Source of the DNA: a bacterium
Lineage (GTDB): Bacteria > SZUA-182 > DTGQ01 > JAFGSM01
Assembly: GCA_049472315.1 (NCBI GenBank)
Contig: JBLIRN010000057.1
Location: 1 to 17,065, forward strand
Direction of reading: 5' to 3'
Length of the DNA: 17,065 nt
The notes below the pieces were generated by a model. The model was not told the origin of the DNA and made no database searches. It was given only the letters and a program-made list of their open reading frames with translations. Of this stretch, positions 1 to 8,739 are shown in pieces. The position numbers and the translations under genes were made by a program. Position 1 is the stretch's first letter. Every line of letters begins with the position of its first letter.

Positions 1-412
1 CGTTCTCCGCCGCAATGGTCAGGTCACACATGAGATGGAGCACGTGACCACCGCCAATGGCATACCCCGCCACCATGGCAATGACCGGCTTGGGACAGGT
101 GCGAATCTGGCGTTGAAAATCGAGAACGTTCAGGCGGGTTGTTCCCTGATCGTCCCGGTAGCCTGAATCCCCCCGCACCGATTGGTCGCCCCCGGAGCAG
201 AATGCCTTCTCCCCCTCACCGGTCAGAATGATCACACCGATGTCCGGATCCTCACGGGCATCCTCCAGGGCCTCGGACATCTCCATGACGGTGAGGGGAC
301 GGAAGGCATTGCGCACCTGCGGCCTGTTGATGGTGATCTTGGCCATCCCTTCCGCCTTGTGATACGTGATGTCGGTAAATGATCGTGCCTCTATCCAATC
401 CATTGCTCCCAT
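1..412 (-). CDS. menB: 1,4-dihydroxy-2-naphthoyl-CoA synthase (5' part; runs off the window's left edge)
   Basis: Not in the ORF track. Manual translation from ATG at 412 (GAGGTG RBS upstream) gives [39 protein letters not shown]...[17 protein letters not shown]...[45 protein letters not shown]. These are characteristic MenB crotonase motifs, and the gene lies downstream of menFDH. Confidence 0.96.
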   Translation of the reverse strand, partial: MGAMDWIEARSFTDITYHKAEGMAKITINRPQVRNAFRPLTVMEMSEALEDAREDPDIGVIILTGEGEKAFCSGGDQSVRGDSGYRDDQGTTRLNVLDFQRQIRTCPKPVIAMVAGYAIGGGHVLHLMCDLTIAAEN

Positions 413-445
413 ATTCTCACACCTCGCTGACCATAAAACCAGCCT

Positions 446-581
446 TGATGGCATCGTAAAAAGTCGCCAACCCCGTCACTCCGGCGAAGGCCGGAGTCCG
501 GAACTGTTTAAAAAAACTTGGATTCCGTGTCAAGTACGGAATGACAGAATAGGGTACAATCGACCTTTTACGATTCCATCA
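446..581. repeat. Nested palindromic MITE/REP-like element
   Basis: Terminal inverted repeats TGATGGCATCGTAAAAAGTCG (446-466) and CGACCTTTTACGATTCCATCA (561-581) match at 19/21. They enclose two hairpins, ACTCCGGC-gaag-GCCGGAGT (478-497) and ATTCCGT-gtcaagt-ACGGAAT (522-542), which are bounded by GTCA...TGAC. Confidence 0.75.
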
Positions 582-724
582 GCTTATGGCAAAAAAACTC
601 TTCTGCCACTCCATTACATTTAACCATGAAGCCGCATACGCAATCAAAGACACGGCAGGCTGTACAATTGAGAACAGGGCCCGCCATACGGTAGAAAACT
701 CAACTGCCAAGCGATATCACGGGG

Positions 725-1510
725 TCATCCCACGAAATCCTTCACCAGTGAGGCGAATGCCTCCGGCTGCTCGACGTGGATGGAGTGGCCGCATCCGGGG
801 ATCACGGCCATGCGGGCGGAGGGGCACCGCTTCGCCATGCGGTCGGCGATGATCCTGAATTTCTCGTCCCTCTCGCCGGCAAGCACCAGGAGGGGTATCT
901 TCATGCCGGGCAGTTCCCCCCACAGGGATGGCTGCACACCGGTCCCCATGCGGCGGAGGGACGTGGCAAGCATCCCCGGGTCGTTTTGCAGGCGGGCCTG
1001 CAGCAGCCCGTCAAACGCGGGGTGTGTGCGCAGCGATCCGAATATCGGCTGTGCATACCATGCATCCAGGAATGCGGCAAGATCTCCCGTCTCAAGCTCC
1101 CGTGCGCGCTCCTCGTCCCTCTTTACCCGCTCCGCCCGCTCCTGCGCCGTTTCAAGACCGGGTGATGCGGACTCCAGGACGACCCGGGAAAATCGCCCCG
1201 GATACCGGAGCGCAAGAAAGAGCGCCACCCTCCCCCCCATGGAATAGCCGACCAGGGGGCAGGTTTCGATGTTGAGGTAATCGAGGAGCCCGATGATCGA
1301 CCGGGCGACCTCGGGCATGGCATAGGCGGCATCGCCGCTCTCTATCCGTGTCCTGCCGTGTCCCGGCAGATCCGGGGCGAGAAGGCTGAAGCGGTTGCCG
1401 AGCAATCCTTCGAGCGGCCTCCAATCCTCGCCCGATCCCATAAAGCCATGGAGCAGGAGGATTGTGGGGCCATCCCCGCTTCCCATACACTCACAGTGCC
1501 AGTGATCCAT
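725..1510 (-). CDS. menH: 2-succinyl-6-hydroxy-2,4-cyclohexadiene-1-carboxylate synthase (alpha/beta hydrolase fold)
   Basis: Motifs LLHGFMGS, DLPGHG, GYSMGGR nucleophile elbow, LESASPGL, FLDAWYAQPIF and GHSIHVE; located between menD and menB. Confidence 0.93.
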   Translation of the reverse strand: MDHWHCECMGSGDGPTILLLHGFMGSGEDWRPLEGLLGNRFSLLAPDLPGHGRTRIESGDAAYAMPEVARSIIGLLDYLNIETCPLVGYSMGGRVALFLALRYPGRFSRVVLESASPGLETAQERAERVKRDEERARELETGDLAAFLDAWYAQPIFGSLRTHPAFDGLLQARLQNDPGMLATSLRRMGTGVQPSLWGELPGMKIPLLVLAGERDEKFRIIADRMAKRCPSARMAVIPGCGHSIHVEQPEAFASLVKDFVG

Positions 1511-1518
1511 ATATTCCT

Positions 1519-3282
1519 CTATTCCCGGTCGAGTGCGGCGACGATCTCCTCCCGGAGTCTGTTATGAAGCACGAGGTTCTCCTCCCGGTTCGTTCTCACC
1601 TCGATAATGACGGATTCATCCCTTGCCGTTGCGTCCCGATAGGTGCACAGGAATTCCGCACCGCTCTTCGGGGCGTGGTAATGGATCCCGAACAGATGAG
1701 CAGCGTGCTCGAATGCCAGGCCATGGGGTGCGCCGAAGAAGGGTTCGAACACATCCGGGAATCCGGCGATGGGCAGGAAGGAGAATATCCCGCCCCCGTT
1801 GTTGTTGATCACCACGATATGGAGGGGATGGGGTATGCCCTTCACCAGGCTGAGGGAGTTCAGATCGTGCAGAAATGCCATGTCTCCGATGAGAAGCGTC
1901 ACCGGACGGCCCAGCCCGAGTGCATATCCCGCGGCGCTTGCAATGGTGCCGTCGATGCCGCTCGCCCCCCTGTTCGATCCCACCCTTACCCCTGCCGCCC
2001 CCCCGGGATCGGCGAACATATCCATATCGCGTATGGGCATGCTGCTTGCCAAAAAGAGCCCCTCCCCTGACGGGATACAATGGCAGATGATACGCGCCAC
2101 TGCAATCTCGTTGATTCCAGAAGTTCCTCTGAGGAATGCATTGATCGTCCCGTGCACTACAAGCGACCGCTCACGGAGCCGGCGCATCCAGTCCGAATCG
2201 ACATGGGAACGTATCCGTGGGCACAGGTCCCCGCAAAACCGGCACAGGTCGGCCTCGATGCGCATGGATACGTTATGCGCAGGATCGTGACGAAACGGGT
2301 GGTCCTTGACCACGACATATCGAGTCGCTGTACTCCCTTCGAGGAATTGCAGGAGCCGTTTCGAGGTGGGTTGTCCTCCCAGATGCAGGACCACCTCCGG
2401 GGAGAAATCCTCACGGAATCCCTCGGAGAGAAGGAGCTGGTCATAATAGGGGATGTCATTGGGCAAGCGGGCGCCGATGCGCAAACCCGACGCGACGTCG
2501 GAAAAAACCGGCCATCCGAGCCCTTCCGCAAGAGCAGCAACCGCATCCTGCTCCTTCCCGGTTTTCAGCCTGCCCACCACCAGCACGCCCCTGCGCGCGT
2601 CGTTGATGACGGAGGCAAGCCCATCCAGGGCTCCTGCCTCCGGCTGCATGATGCCATGAAGGTATCGGGTGTACTGGTAATGACCCTGTTCCCATCTCCT
2701 GAGCCCATTGAGGTACCCCTCCGACACCTCGCAGGGGACCGGCGCCAGGGGCTCGCGAAACATGCAGTTCAGGTGGACCGGCCCTGCGGGCGAGCGCAGC
2801 GCCCGATACAGGGCCTGGTCTGCGGTGGTGAGCACCATTGCGGGATCGATCGCCTCATCCGGGCAGGGCATATCGAAATGCCAACGCACGTACTCCCCGA
2901 ACATGGAGGGCTGCTGGATGGTTTGATTGGCCCCGGTATGGCGCAACTCAGGGGGACGATCGGCGGTGAGCACAATGAGGGGGATGAGGTCCATCGACGC
3001 CTCGACGACCGCAGGATAGTAGTTTGCCGCTGCCGTGCCGGAGGTGGCGATGAGGGCCGCCGGCATCCCGGATGCCCGCGCATACCCCAGTGCGCAGAAG
3101 GCGGCCCCCCGTTCATCGTGGCACACGCTCGCCTTGATCCCCTGATGGCGGGCGACTGCCACCGCAAGGGGGGTGGACCGGGAACCGGGGGATACGAAGA
3201 ACCGGGTGACGCCCTTTCGAAGGAATTCCTCAACCAGAAGTCCCCCCCAAAGGGCATTGATGTTATCCGCAGACAGCGTCAT
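1519..3282 (-). CDS. menD: SEPHCHC synthase (ThDP-dependent)
   Basis: Motifs SPGSRSTPL, DERGAAFCALG, TSGTAAANYYPAVVEA, TADRPPEL, GANQTI, NRGASGIDG and the ThDP motif GDMAFLHD...NNNGGGIF. The start overlaps the menF stop (ATGA). Confidence 0.97.
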   Translation of the reverse strand: MTLSADNINALWGGLLVEEFLRKGVTRFFVSPGSRSTPLAVAVARHQGIKASVCHDERGAAFCALGYARASGMPAALIATSGTAAANYYPAVVEASMDLIPLIVLTADRPPELRHTGANQTIQQPSMFGEYVRWHFDMPCPDEAIDPAMVLTTADQALYRALRSPAGPVHLNCMFREPLAPVPCEVSEGYLNGLRRWEQGHYQYTRYLHGIMQPEAGALDGLASVINDARRGVLVVGRLKTGKEQDAVAALAEGLGWPVFSDVASGLRIGARLPNDIPYYDQLLLSEGFREDFSPEVVLHLGGQPTSKRLLQFLEGSTATRYVVVKDHPFRHDPAHNVSMRIEADLCRFCGDLCPRIRSHVDSDWMRRLRERSLVVHGTINAFLRGTSGINEIAVARIICHCIPSGEGLFLASSMPIRDMDMFADPGGAAGVRVGSNRGASGIDGTIASAAGYALGLGRPVTLLIGDMAFLHDLNSLSLVKGIPHPLHIVVINNNGGGIFSFLPIAGFPDVFEPFFGAPHGLAFEHAAHLFGIHYHAPKSGAEFLCTYRDATARDESVIIEVRTNREENLVLHNRLREEIVAALDRE

Positions 3283-4733
3283 GTGAGTTGAAACAGCCGG
3301 GTGAAATTAAGGAGCTTGTTCTCGTTTTCTTCCCATTCCTTGTGGGGATCGGAACCCTGAACAATTCCTGCCCCGGCGAACAGGGAGAGGGTCTTCCCGG
3401 ATACCAGTGCGGAGCGGATGCCCACCGAAAAGTGTGCTGCATCACGGCTGATCCAGCCCACCGGTCCTGCGTACCAGCCCCGGTCGAACGGCTCGAGTGC
3501 GGCGATCCTCCTCATTGAGGCGTCCCTCGGCGAGCCCCCCACCGCCGGCGTGGGGTGGAGTGTGGCCACAATATCCGCGTCGCCGATCCCCTCCCTCAAT
3601 CCGCCACGGAATCGAGTGTAGAGATGCTGCACGTGGGAGAGGGAGAGCAGTGTCTCGCGGCTGAGTGTGTCCATGGAAATACAGAGAGGAGAGAGGCCCT
3701 TGGTGACCATTTCACTCACCCAGCGATGCTCGCGGAGGTCTTTCTCGCTGGTGAGCAGTTCCTGAGCCAGGCGCCGGTCCTCGTCCGGTGTCCTCCCCCG
3801 TGCCCGGGTCCCGGCGATGGCCTCACTGTAAATCTCGTGGCCATTACGGGAGTAAAGGAGTTCCGGGCTCACCCCGATAAAGGCGCGGCCCTCGTCCAGT
3901 TGGAAACAGAAGTGAAAGGCATGGGAATTCCGTGCGGTGAGACGCTGGAGCAATGCCGCGGGTTCCAGTACACGATCGAACCTGAGCACGCACTTTCGCG
4001 CCAGCACGATCTTCTGCAATTCACCCCGCTCAAGCATGGTGAGCACTGCGCGCACATTCTCACACCACAGCTCTCTGTCGGGGATGTCCTCCCGGTGTTC
4101 CGGCTGGGGAAACTCCTCCGCATCTCCGGGTTCGCGGGTGTGTATGCGGTCAAGCGCCACCTCCCATTCCCCCATCTGGTCCCGGGCATCCATCTCCTTA
4201 TCCCATTTGATGTTGCAGGCGAGAAGGGTCCTCCTCCCGTTGGAGATCACCTCGAGACGGGGAACAATGAACCGGTAATCGGCAAAGGGATCCCATGCCT
4301 CGTCCGGCGTCTGGGACTGATCGAAGCGCAATCCCCCATAGTAGCGCACATGGGGATCGCTCGTATAAAGGGTCCTGTTCAGGAGGGAAAAAAAATCCTG
4401 AAAATCAATGGGAGACCTGCCGCTCACTACCTGGGTGAATCCTATCCCCGCCATCCTGAAGGTCTCGTGCCGATCGGACCAGTAGGTCTTGACAGGGCAG
4501 GATTGCTGTCGAAGCCACACCAGGGGATCCACATGATCCTCAACGGGGATCTCGATGCGATGTATTACCCGTTCGCAACAGGGATCATACCTCCCTCCTT
4601 CCTTCACAAAGAGACCCTTCAGCCCTTCATGTAGGTGCCCTTTTGCCTCTTCGAGGGTTTCAGCCTGTCCCAGTGCGTGAATAAAGGTTTCCATTCCGCT
4701 GCATCTGCATATGGTGATCGTAAAGCCCTGCAA
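3279..4733 (-). CDS. menF: Isochorismate synthase (start uncertain: TTG 4733 or ATG 4694)
   Basis: Chorismate-binding motifs KIVLAR, FIGVSPELL, EAIAGT, SEKDLREH, LHPTPAVGG, FDRGWYAGPVGW, IRSAL and AGAGIVQGS; first gene of the men operon. Confidence 0.93.
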   Translation of the reverse strand: MQGFTITICRCSGMETFIHALGQAETLEEAKGHLHEGLKGLFVKEGGRYDPCCERVIHRIEIPVEDHVDPLVWLRQQSCPVKTYWSDRHETFRMAGIGFTQVVSGRSPIDFQDFFSLLNRTLYTSDPHVRYYGGLRFDQSQTPDEAWDPFADYRFIVPRLEVISNGRRTLLACNIKWDKEMDARDQMGEWEVALDRIHTREPGDAEEFPQPEHREDIPDRELWCENVRAVLTMLERGELQKIVLARKCVLRFDRVLEPAALLQRLTARNSHAFHFCFQLDEGRAFIGVSPELLYSRNGHEIYSEAIAGTRARGRTPDEDRRLAQELLTSEKDLREHRWVSEMVTKGLSPLCISMDTLSRETLLSLSHVQHLYTRFRGGLREGIGDADIVATLHPTPAVGGSPRDASMRRIAALEPFDRGWYAGPVGWISRDAAHFSVGIRSALVSGKTLSLFAGAGIVQGSDPHKEWEENENKLLNFTRLFQLT

Positions 4734-4864
4734 CTCCCAAAGGTAAAAATTATAGTAAGAATAAAAATAATTGCAAGGATTGGTCTGCCTTTGTGCGCAA
4801 CTCGCCCCGGTTTCGCTCCATGATCCTTTCCCGGTCAGGGTTTCCTAAAACCTCCTGTACAACA

Positions 4865-5034
4865 GGGAAGGGGGATGCCCCTGTGTGCCTGCGGACGAGC
4901 ACTACAGCCTGTCGGCGAAGCTGAGGAAAAGCACACCGACTGTTCGAGCCCGAAGGGCGAGTTGAGGTGTGCCCGAAGCAAGCCTTACAGGCTGTGTGCA
5001 AGGGAGCCGAAACAAAAGGGGCATCCCCCTTCCC
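4865..5034. repeat. 170-bp nested inverted-repeat element (MITE-like or structured RNA)
   Basis: Perfect 18-bp IR GGGAAGGGGGATGCCCCT (4865-4882) / AGGGGCATCCCCCTTCCC (5017-5034). Inner arms are GCACTACAGCCTGT/ACAGGCTGTGTGC and GCACACC/GGTGTGC, with an apical GCCC-gaa-GGGC hairpin. Confidence 0.75.
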
Positions 5035-5061
5035 GGCAAGATATTGAATACTTGCCTTTCT

Positions 5062-5090
5062 TTGACAAAATGCACGGTGCCGGGTATATT
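5062..5090 (+). promoter_or_regulatory. Sigma70-type promoter for the 5162/5712 genes
   Basis: TTGACA (5062-5067), 17-nt spacer, TATATT (5085-5090). Confidence 0.7.
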
Positions 5091-5161
5091 GTATGTAAGA
5101 AAGTACTATTTGCCAATAGGTTAGGCTATGACATGCGTCAACAGCGGGAGGATGATGCATT

Positions 5162-5653
5162 ATGAAGAAAATCCTTTTTGAACGGTTGGAAAAACGATTC
5201 AGCACCCAGGCGGTGTTCCCGGTGAACAGCATCCCGGGCATCGCAGACCTGGAGAAATGGATAGGGCAAAGCATTCAGAACAGGGCGGGAGGCGCTGCGC
5301 TCTCCTATCAGGGCATGCCGTCGTGGTCCTACGTACCCGGGCCGGCATATGAATCCTTCCCCTCTTCATGGTCTGCCGCAGGATCGTTCTCTCTCTCGCT
5401 CATGCCATACCGGCCCTCATGGACCTACCCCAGTGCCTCTCAATCCTACCCATGGACCTATCAGACGTATCCATGGTATTCCATGAACCGGCCGGAAAAC
5501 GTGTCCTGGCAGACGTTTCGGCCTTTTACATCCATGATGAGCGGCTTCTGGGGCTCCCTGATGGGATACACGGGCGGCACCTCCGCATCGGACACCCCCT
5601 ATCCACCCGGGACCCGTTACGGACTGATAAAGCGCGCCCATCTCACGGGATAA
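5162..5653 (+). CDS. Ser/Trp/Tyr/Pro-rich hypothetical protein; candidate radical SAM substrate (precursor)
   Basis: GGAGG RBS and upstream promoter. Charged N-terminal leader-like segment (MKKILFERLEKRF), a low-charge aromatic-rich body, and TRYG near the C-terminus. Ends 58 nt before the rSAM gene. Confidence 0.75.
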   Translation: MKKILFERLEKRFSTQAVFPVNSIPGIADLEKWIGQSIQNRAGGAALSYQGMPSWSYVPGPAYESFPSSWSAAGSFSLSLMPYRPSWTYPSASQSYPWTYQTYPWYSMNRPENVSWQTFRPFTSMMSGFWGSLMGYTGGTSASDTPYPPGTRYGLIKRAHLTG

Positions 5654-5711
5654 TGCCCTCCTGTTCATTCAGCACCAGGGACATTAGCTCATGTGACGGA
5701 GGGTCATCCCC

Positions 5712-8216
5712 ATGAGGCTCCATCTTGGTTGCGGCGATCTCTACATACCGAGCGCCCTCAACATCGATAAACATGACCTGCGCGTCGCCGATGTACAGGC
5801 AGACGCCGTCATTCTGCCGGTTCTCACTGGGTCGTGCGATTCCGTGACCGCCTACCACGTATTCGAGCACATGGGGTATGCAAACGCCGTGTACGCCCTT
5901 GCCGAGGCATATCGGGTGCTCAAACCGGGTGGAATACTCGAGATCGAGACCCCAGATCCGGCCCGATCGTTTCAGGCCTTTTTGGAACGGTCCGATCCCC
6001 GATGGCGTGCCGATATCCTGAGCTGGATCTTCGGCATGGAATCCCCGGGCATGGGCCACCGGGTGCTCTTTCCCCGGGAACTCCTGGAAAAACTCGTCAG
6101 GGAGGCAGGTTTCAGCGAGATAACCCTCTCCGAACCGAAGACTCACCGGCACCGATGGGGTTTCAGGCTGGTTGCCCGCAAGGACCCTGATCCTACGGCA
6201 CACCTGATCGCGCTTCTCAGATCCCGCATGGTCTCCGAAATCCTCCGCCAGGACGCACCCCAGGAGACCCTGGAGATGGAGATACGTCTCTGGGAACCGC
6301 TGCACCGACTGGGTATGAGCAGCATAACCCCGGAGGAGGCCCAGGGGATACTGCTGGAATGGACCGTTCTGGCACCCCGGATGATCCTCCTGTGGACCGG
6401 CCTGTGCGAGCACGACCACACCCTTCCCAGGCCGCCCGGCCCCTTCCCGATGGAACGGGTCCAGGCGGTCGCACAGGCCCTTATTGATGCAGAATCCTGT
6501 GAGGTGCTGCGACACGCCTTCTCGGTGCTCTGCGCAACGGTGAATCAGGCGGCGCAGGGATACGAACATATCCTGGCCGGTGCCATCCAGGTGGTGAAAA
6601 GGTGGCTTGCCTGCCCTCCCCGTTCCCCTGCCCGTGAGTTCCCGAGGGACCTCGAGGCATGCGACGTGATGCTCGATGCGGACCAGAACCTGAGCTATCC
6701 TGGCGATATTGAAGTGGCCCTGGGCCAAAGCCCCATAGCCGGCCGAAGACCGCGCTGGCCCCGTCATGCCCTCTTTACCAGGCAGCATTGCACGGAACGC
6801 GCGAAGTGGTTCAGGGATCTGGGCATCCGCTGCTTCGAGAGGGGCCGTGTGGAGGAAGCCCGAAGGCTCTTTCGCCTGGCCATCAATGCAAAGGTGCTGG
6901 GGGTGTATGCGGTGTGGAACATGGCCAGACTCCAGGCCGGCCTCGGGCAGATGGAGAATGCCGGGATATTCTACAGGGCGGCTTTGGGTTTCCGGACCTC
7001 CGATGCGGTAAAGGAACGTATCGTGGCGGAACTCCGAGAGATCGAGGCGGGGGGCGTGGGTCCCGCGGGGCCCGTTACCGCGGGTGAAGGAGAGGACCGG
7101 GTGTTCGGCATCCTGGAAGAGGAGCCCGCTGAAGGGGAATCGACGTTATCCATAGGTGCGCAACCGGAATCAGCCATTTTTCCACCTCCGCGGTCCCTTC
7201 TTTGGGAGCTCACCCTGAGGTGCCAGTGCCGGTGCACCCATTGCGCGGCTGCGGCAGGGAATCCGCGGCCCGGGGAATTGAGCACCGAGGAGGCCCTGTC
7301 TATCTGCGACCAGATTGCCGCACTCGGCATCCCCTCGGTGTGCCTCATGGGGGGCGAACCGCTCCTTCATCCCGGCTGGCAAAAAATCGCCGCCCGGATC
7401 AAGGAACATGGCGTGGATCTGGGGCTTTCCACCAACGGGATCGCCCTGGATGATACAACGTGGCGGAATCTGGAGGAGCTGTCATTTTCCCAGGTGGTCA
7501 TCAGCCTCGACGGTGCCACGCCTGAGATACATGATGTACGAAGAAAATGGAAGGGCGCCTTGAAGGCGGCCCAGCGTGCAATCGAGGAGATGGCCACACG
7601 ACCCCTCAGGGAGCGGACGGTGGTGACCTGCGTGGACCGGACCAACATCGGGGAACTCGGGCCTGTGCGAGACTGGCTCCTGGAGCACGCCCCCGGGATC
7701 ACCTGGATGATCACCATGGCGAGTCCTTCACCCGGAAGCCGCATGGAGAAGGATCATATCCTGCGGATTGAGGACTTTTTGTCCATGGTCCGATTTATCG
7801 CCGAAAACAGGGGAAAATATCAAAGGCGCCTGGACGTCACCGGGGCGCATTGTATGGGCTACTTCTCCCAGAGATATCAAAACCTGCACAACTACACCTG
7901 GTCCGGGTGCCAGGCAGGGATCTCCACGCTGGGATTGAGGAGCGACGGGGCAGTCACCGGGTGTCTTGTCATGTCGGACCACTTCATTGAGGGAAACGTC
8001 CGGGAGCAAGGCCTTGCCGGGATATGGAAGAACCCGGGCTCCTTTTCGTACAACCGCTCCTTCCGCACGGATATGCTCAAGGGGAAGTGCGCCTCCTGCC
8101 GCTGGGGCGAAATCTGCCGCGGGGGATGCCGTGAGACCGCTTACTCGTTTACCGGGGACCCTTTCGAGGCCCCCTTCTGCCTCCACCACCTGGAGTCGGT
8201 GGGTGCGCTTTCCTGA
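5712..8216 (+). CDS. Class I SAM methyltransferase + TPR-like + radical SAM/SPASM fusion protein
   Basis: N-terminal methyltransferase motifs LHLGCG, HVFEH and RVLKPGG. TPR-like helices FRDLGIRCFERGRVEEARRLFRLA and WNMARLQAGLGQMENAGIFYRAAL. CxxxCxxC (CQCRCTHC, nt 7221-7244), GGEP, STNG and ISLDG. SPASM cysteines CQAG...TGC...CASC..ICRGGC...PFC. GGAGG RBS. Confidence 0.93.
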   Translation: MRLHLGCGDLYIPSALNIDKHDLRVADVQADAVILPVLTGSCDSVTAYHVFEHMGYANAVYALAEAYRVLKPGGILEIETPDPARSFQAFLERSDPRWRADILSWIFGMESPGMGHRVLFPRELLEKLVREAGFSEITLSEPKTHRHRWGFRLVARKDPDPTAHLIALLRSRMVSEILRQDAPQETLEMEIRLWEPLHRLGMSSITPEEAQGILLEWTVLAPRMILLWTGLCEHDHTLPRPPGPFPMERVQAVAQALIDAESCEVLRHAFSVLCATVNQAAQGYEHILAGAIQVVKRWLACPPRSPAREFPRDLEACDVMLDADQNLSYPGDIEVALGQSPIAGRRPRWPRHALFTRQHCTERAKWFRDLGIRCFERGRVEEARRLFRLAINAKVLGVYAVWNMARLQAGLGQMENAGIFYRAALGFRTSDAVKERIVAELREIEAGGVGPAGPVTAGEGEDRVFGILEEEPAEGESTLSIGAQPESAIFPPPRSLLWELTLRCQCRCTHCAAAAGNPRPGELSTEEALSICDQIAALGIPSVCLMGGEPLLHPGWQKIAARIKEHGVDLGLSTNGIALDDTTWRNLEELSFSQVVISLDGATPEIHDVRRKWKGALKAAQRAIEEMATRPLRERTVVTCVDRTNIGELGPVRDWLLEHAPGITWMITMASPSPGSRMEKDHILRIEDFLSMVRFIAENRGKYQRRLDVTGAHCMGYFSQRYQNLHNYTWSGCQAGISTLGLRSDGAVTGCLVMSDHFIEGNVREQGLAGIWKNPGSFSYNRSFRTDMLKGKCASCRWGEICRGGCRETAYSFTGDPFEAPFCLHHLESVGALS

Positions 8217-8283
8217 TTCCTTATGCCGCCGAAGGCGTGAGTCAGGGATGGAATGTTCATCATCAAACGTCTGGAGATGGAGA

Positions 8284-8739
8284 ATGAACGGCACAGGGAT
8301 GAAAGGAACAAGGGGCATCGCCTCAATCCTTCTCGTCGGGTTCATCCTTCTGTTGACGGGGACAGCGGCAGGCCAGATCAACCCTTCAACCCTGTATGTC
8401 TGGCGCGTGTTATGGCCACAGACACCCCCGTCCATACCCGCGCCGATTCTCCTCATCTACCTGGAGTCATTCCCCTGCGGCCACGCATCCTCACTCTATT
8501 TCAACAGCATCGATGGCCCCCTGCTGGGATACGGCACATCGAGCCCGTTTCTATCCCCTGACCGGGCACTCCTCTACACCCTGCTCAAGATCCCCACCTA
8601 TCAATTCCCCGGCTCCAGGGACCACACCACGTTTCCCTATACCCCCCGACCGGCGTCCATACCATACGGACGATTCGACTACCCCACCTACCAGTACGGT
8701 TCACCTGGGTGCTATTTCCACTGGATGTTCGTGCAATAA
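8284..8739 (+). CDS. Secreted Pro/Tyr-rich hypothetical protein (151 aa; start reassigned from 7966)
   Basis: GGAG 7 nt before ATG 8284 (alternative ATG at 8299). Signal-peptide-like MKGTRGIASILLVGFILLLTGTAAG|Q. Contains GYG, PYG and QYG. Confidence 0.7.
   Translation: MNGTGMKGTRGIASILLVGFILLLTGTAAGQINPSTLYVWRVLWPQTPPSIPAPILLIYLESFPCGHASSLYFNSIDGPLLGYGTSSPFLSPDRALLYTLLKIPTYQFPGSRDHTTFPYTPRPASIPYGRFDYPTYQYGSPGCYFHWMFVQ

Noticed and set aside
366..623. 85-aa ORF ([19 protein letters not shown]...)
   Set aside because: It is a translation of the palindromic repeat element and overlaps the menB start on the opposite strand.
2080..4634. Long plus-strand ORFs 2080-3291 and 3555-4634
   Set aside because: They are antisense shadows of menD and menF in GC-rich DNA and have no motifs.
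4750..5274. ORFs 4750-5274 (-) and 4875-5165 (+)
   Set aside because: They run through the inverted-repeat element and the promoter and show no coding signal.
5643..6788. 381-aa minus-strand ORF
   Set aside because: It is antisense to the MTase-rSAM fusion and has no recognisable features.
5712..8216. Assigning the rSAM or methyltransferases to menaquinone synthesis (MqnC/MqnE, MenG, MenK)
   Set aside because: The rSAM has a SPASM domain and is transcribed divergently behind a precursor-like ORF. The stand-alone MTases are cassette genes that I cannot recognise as UbiE/MenG.
7966..8283. N-terminal extension of the 257-aa ORF
   Set aside because: It overlaps the SPASM domain out of frame; the RBS and signal peptide point to a start at 8284 or 8299.
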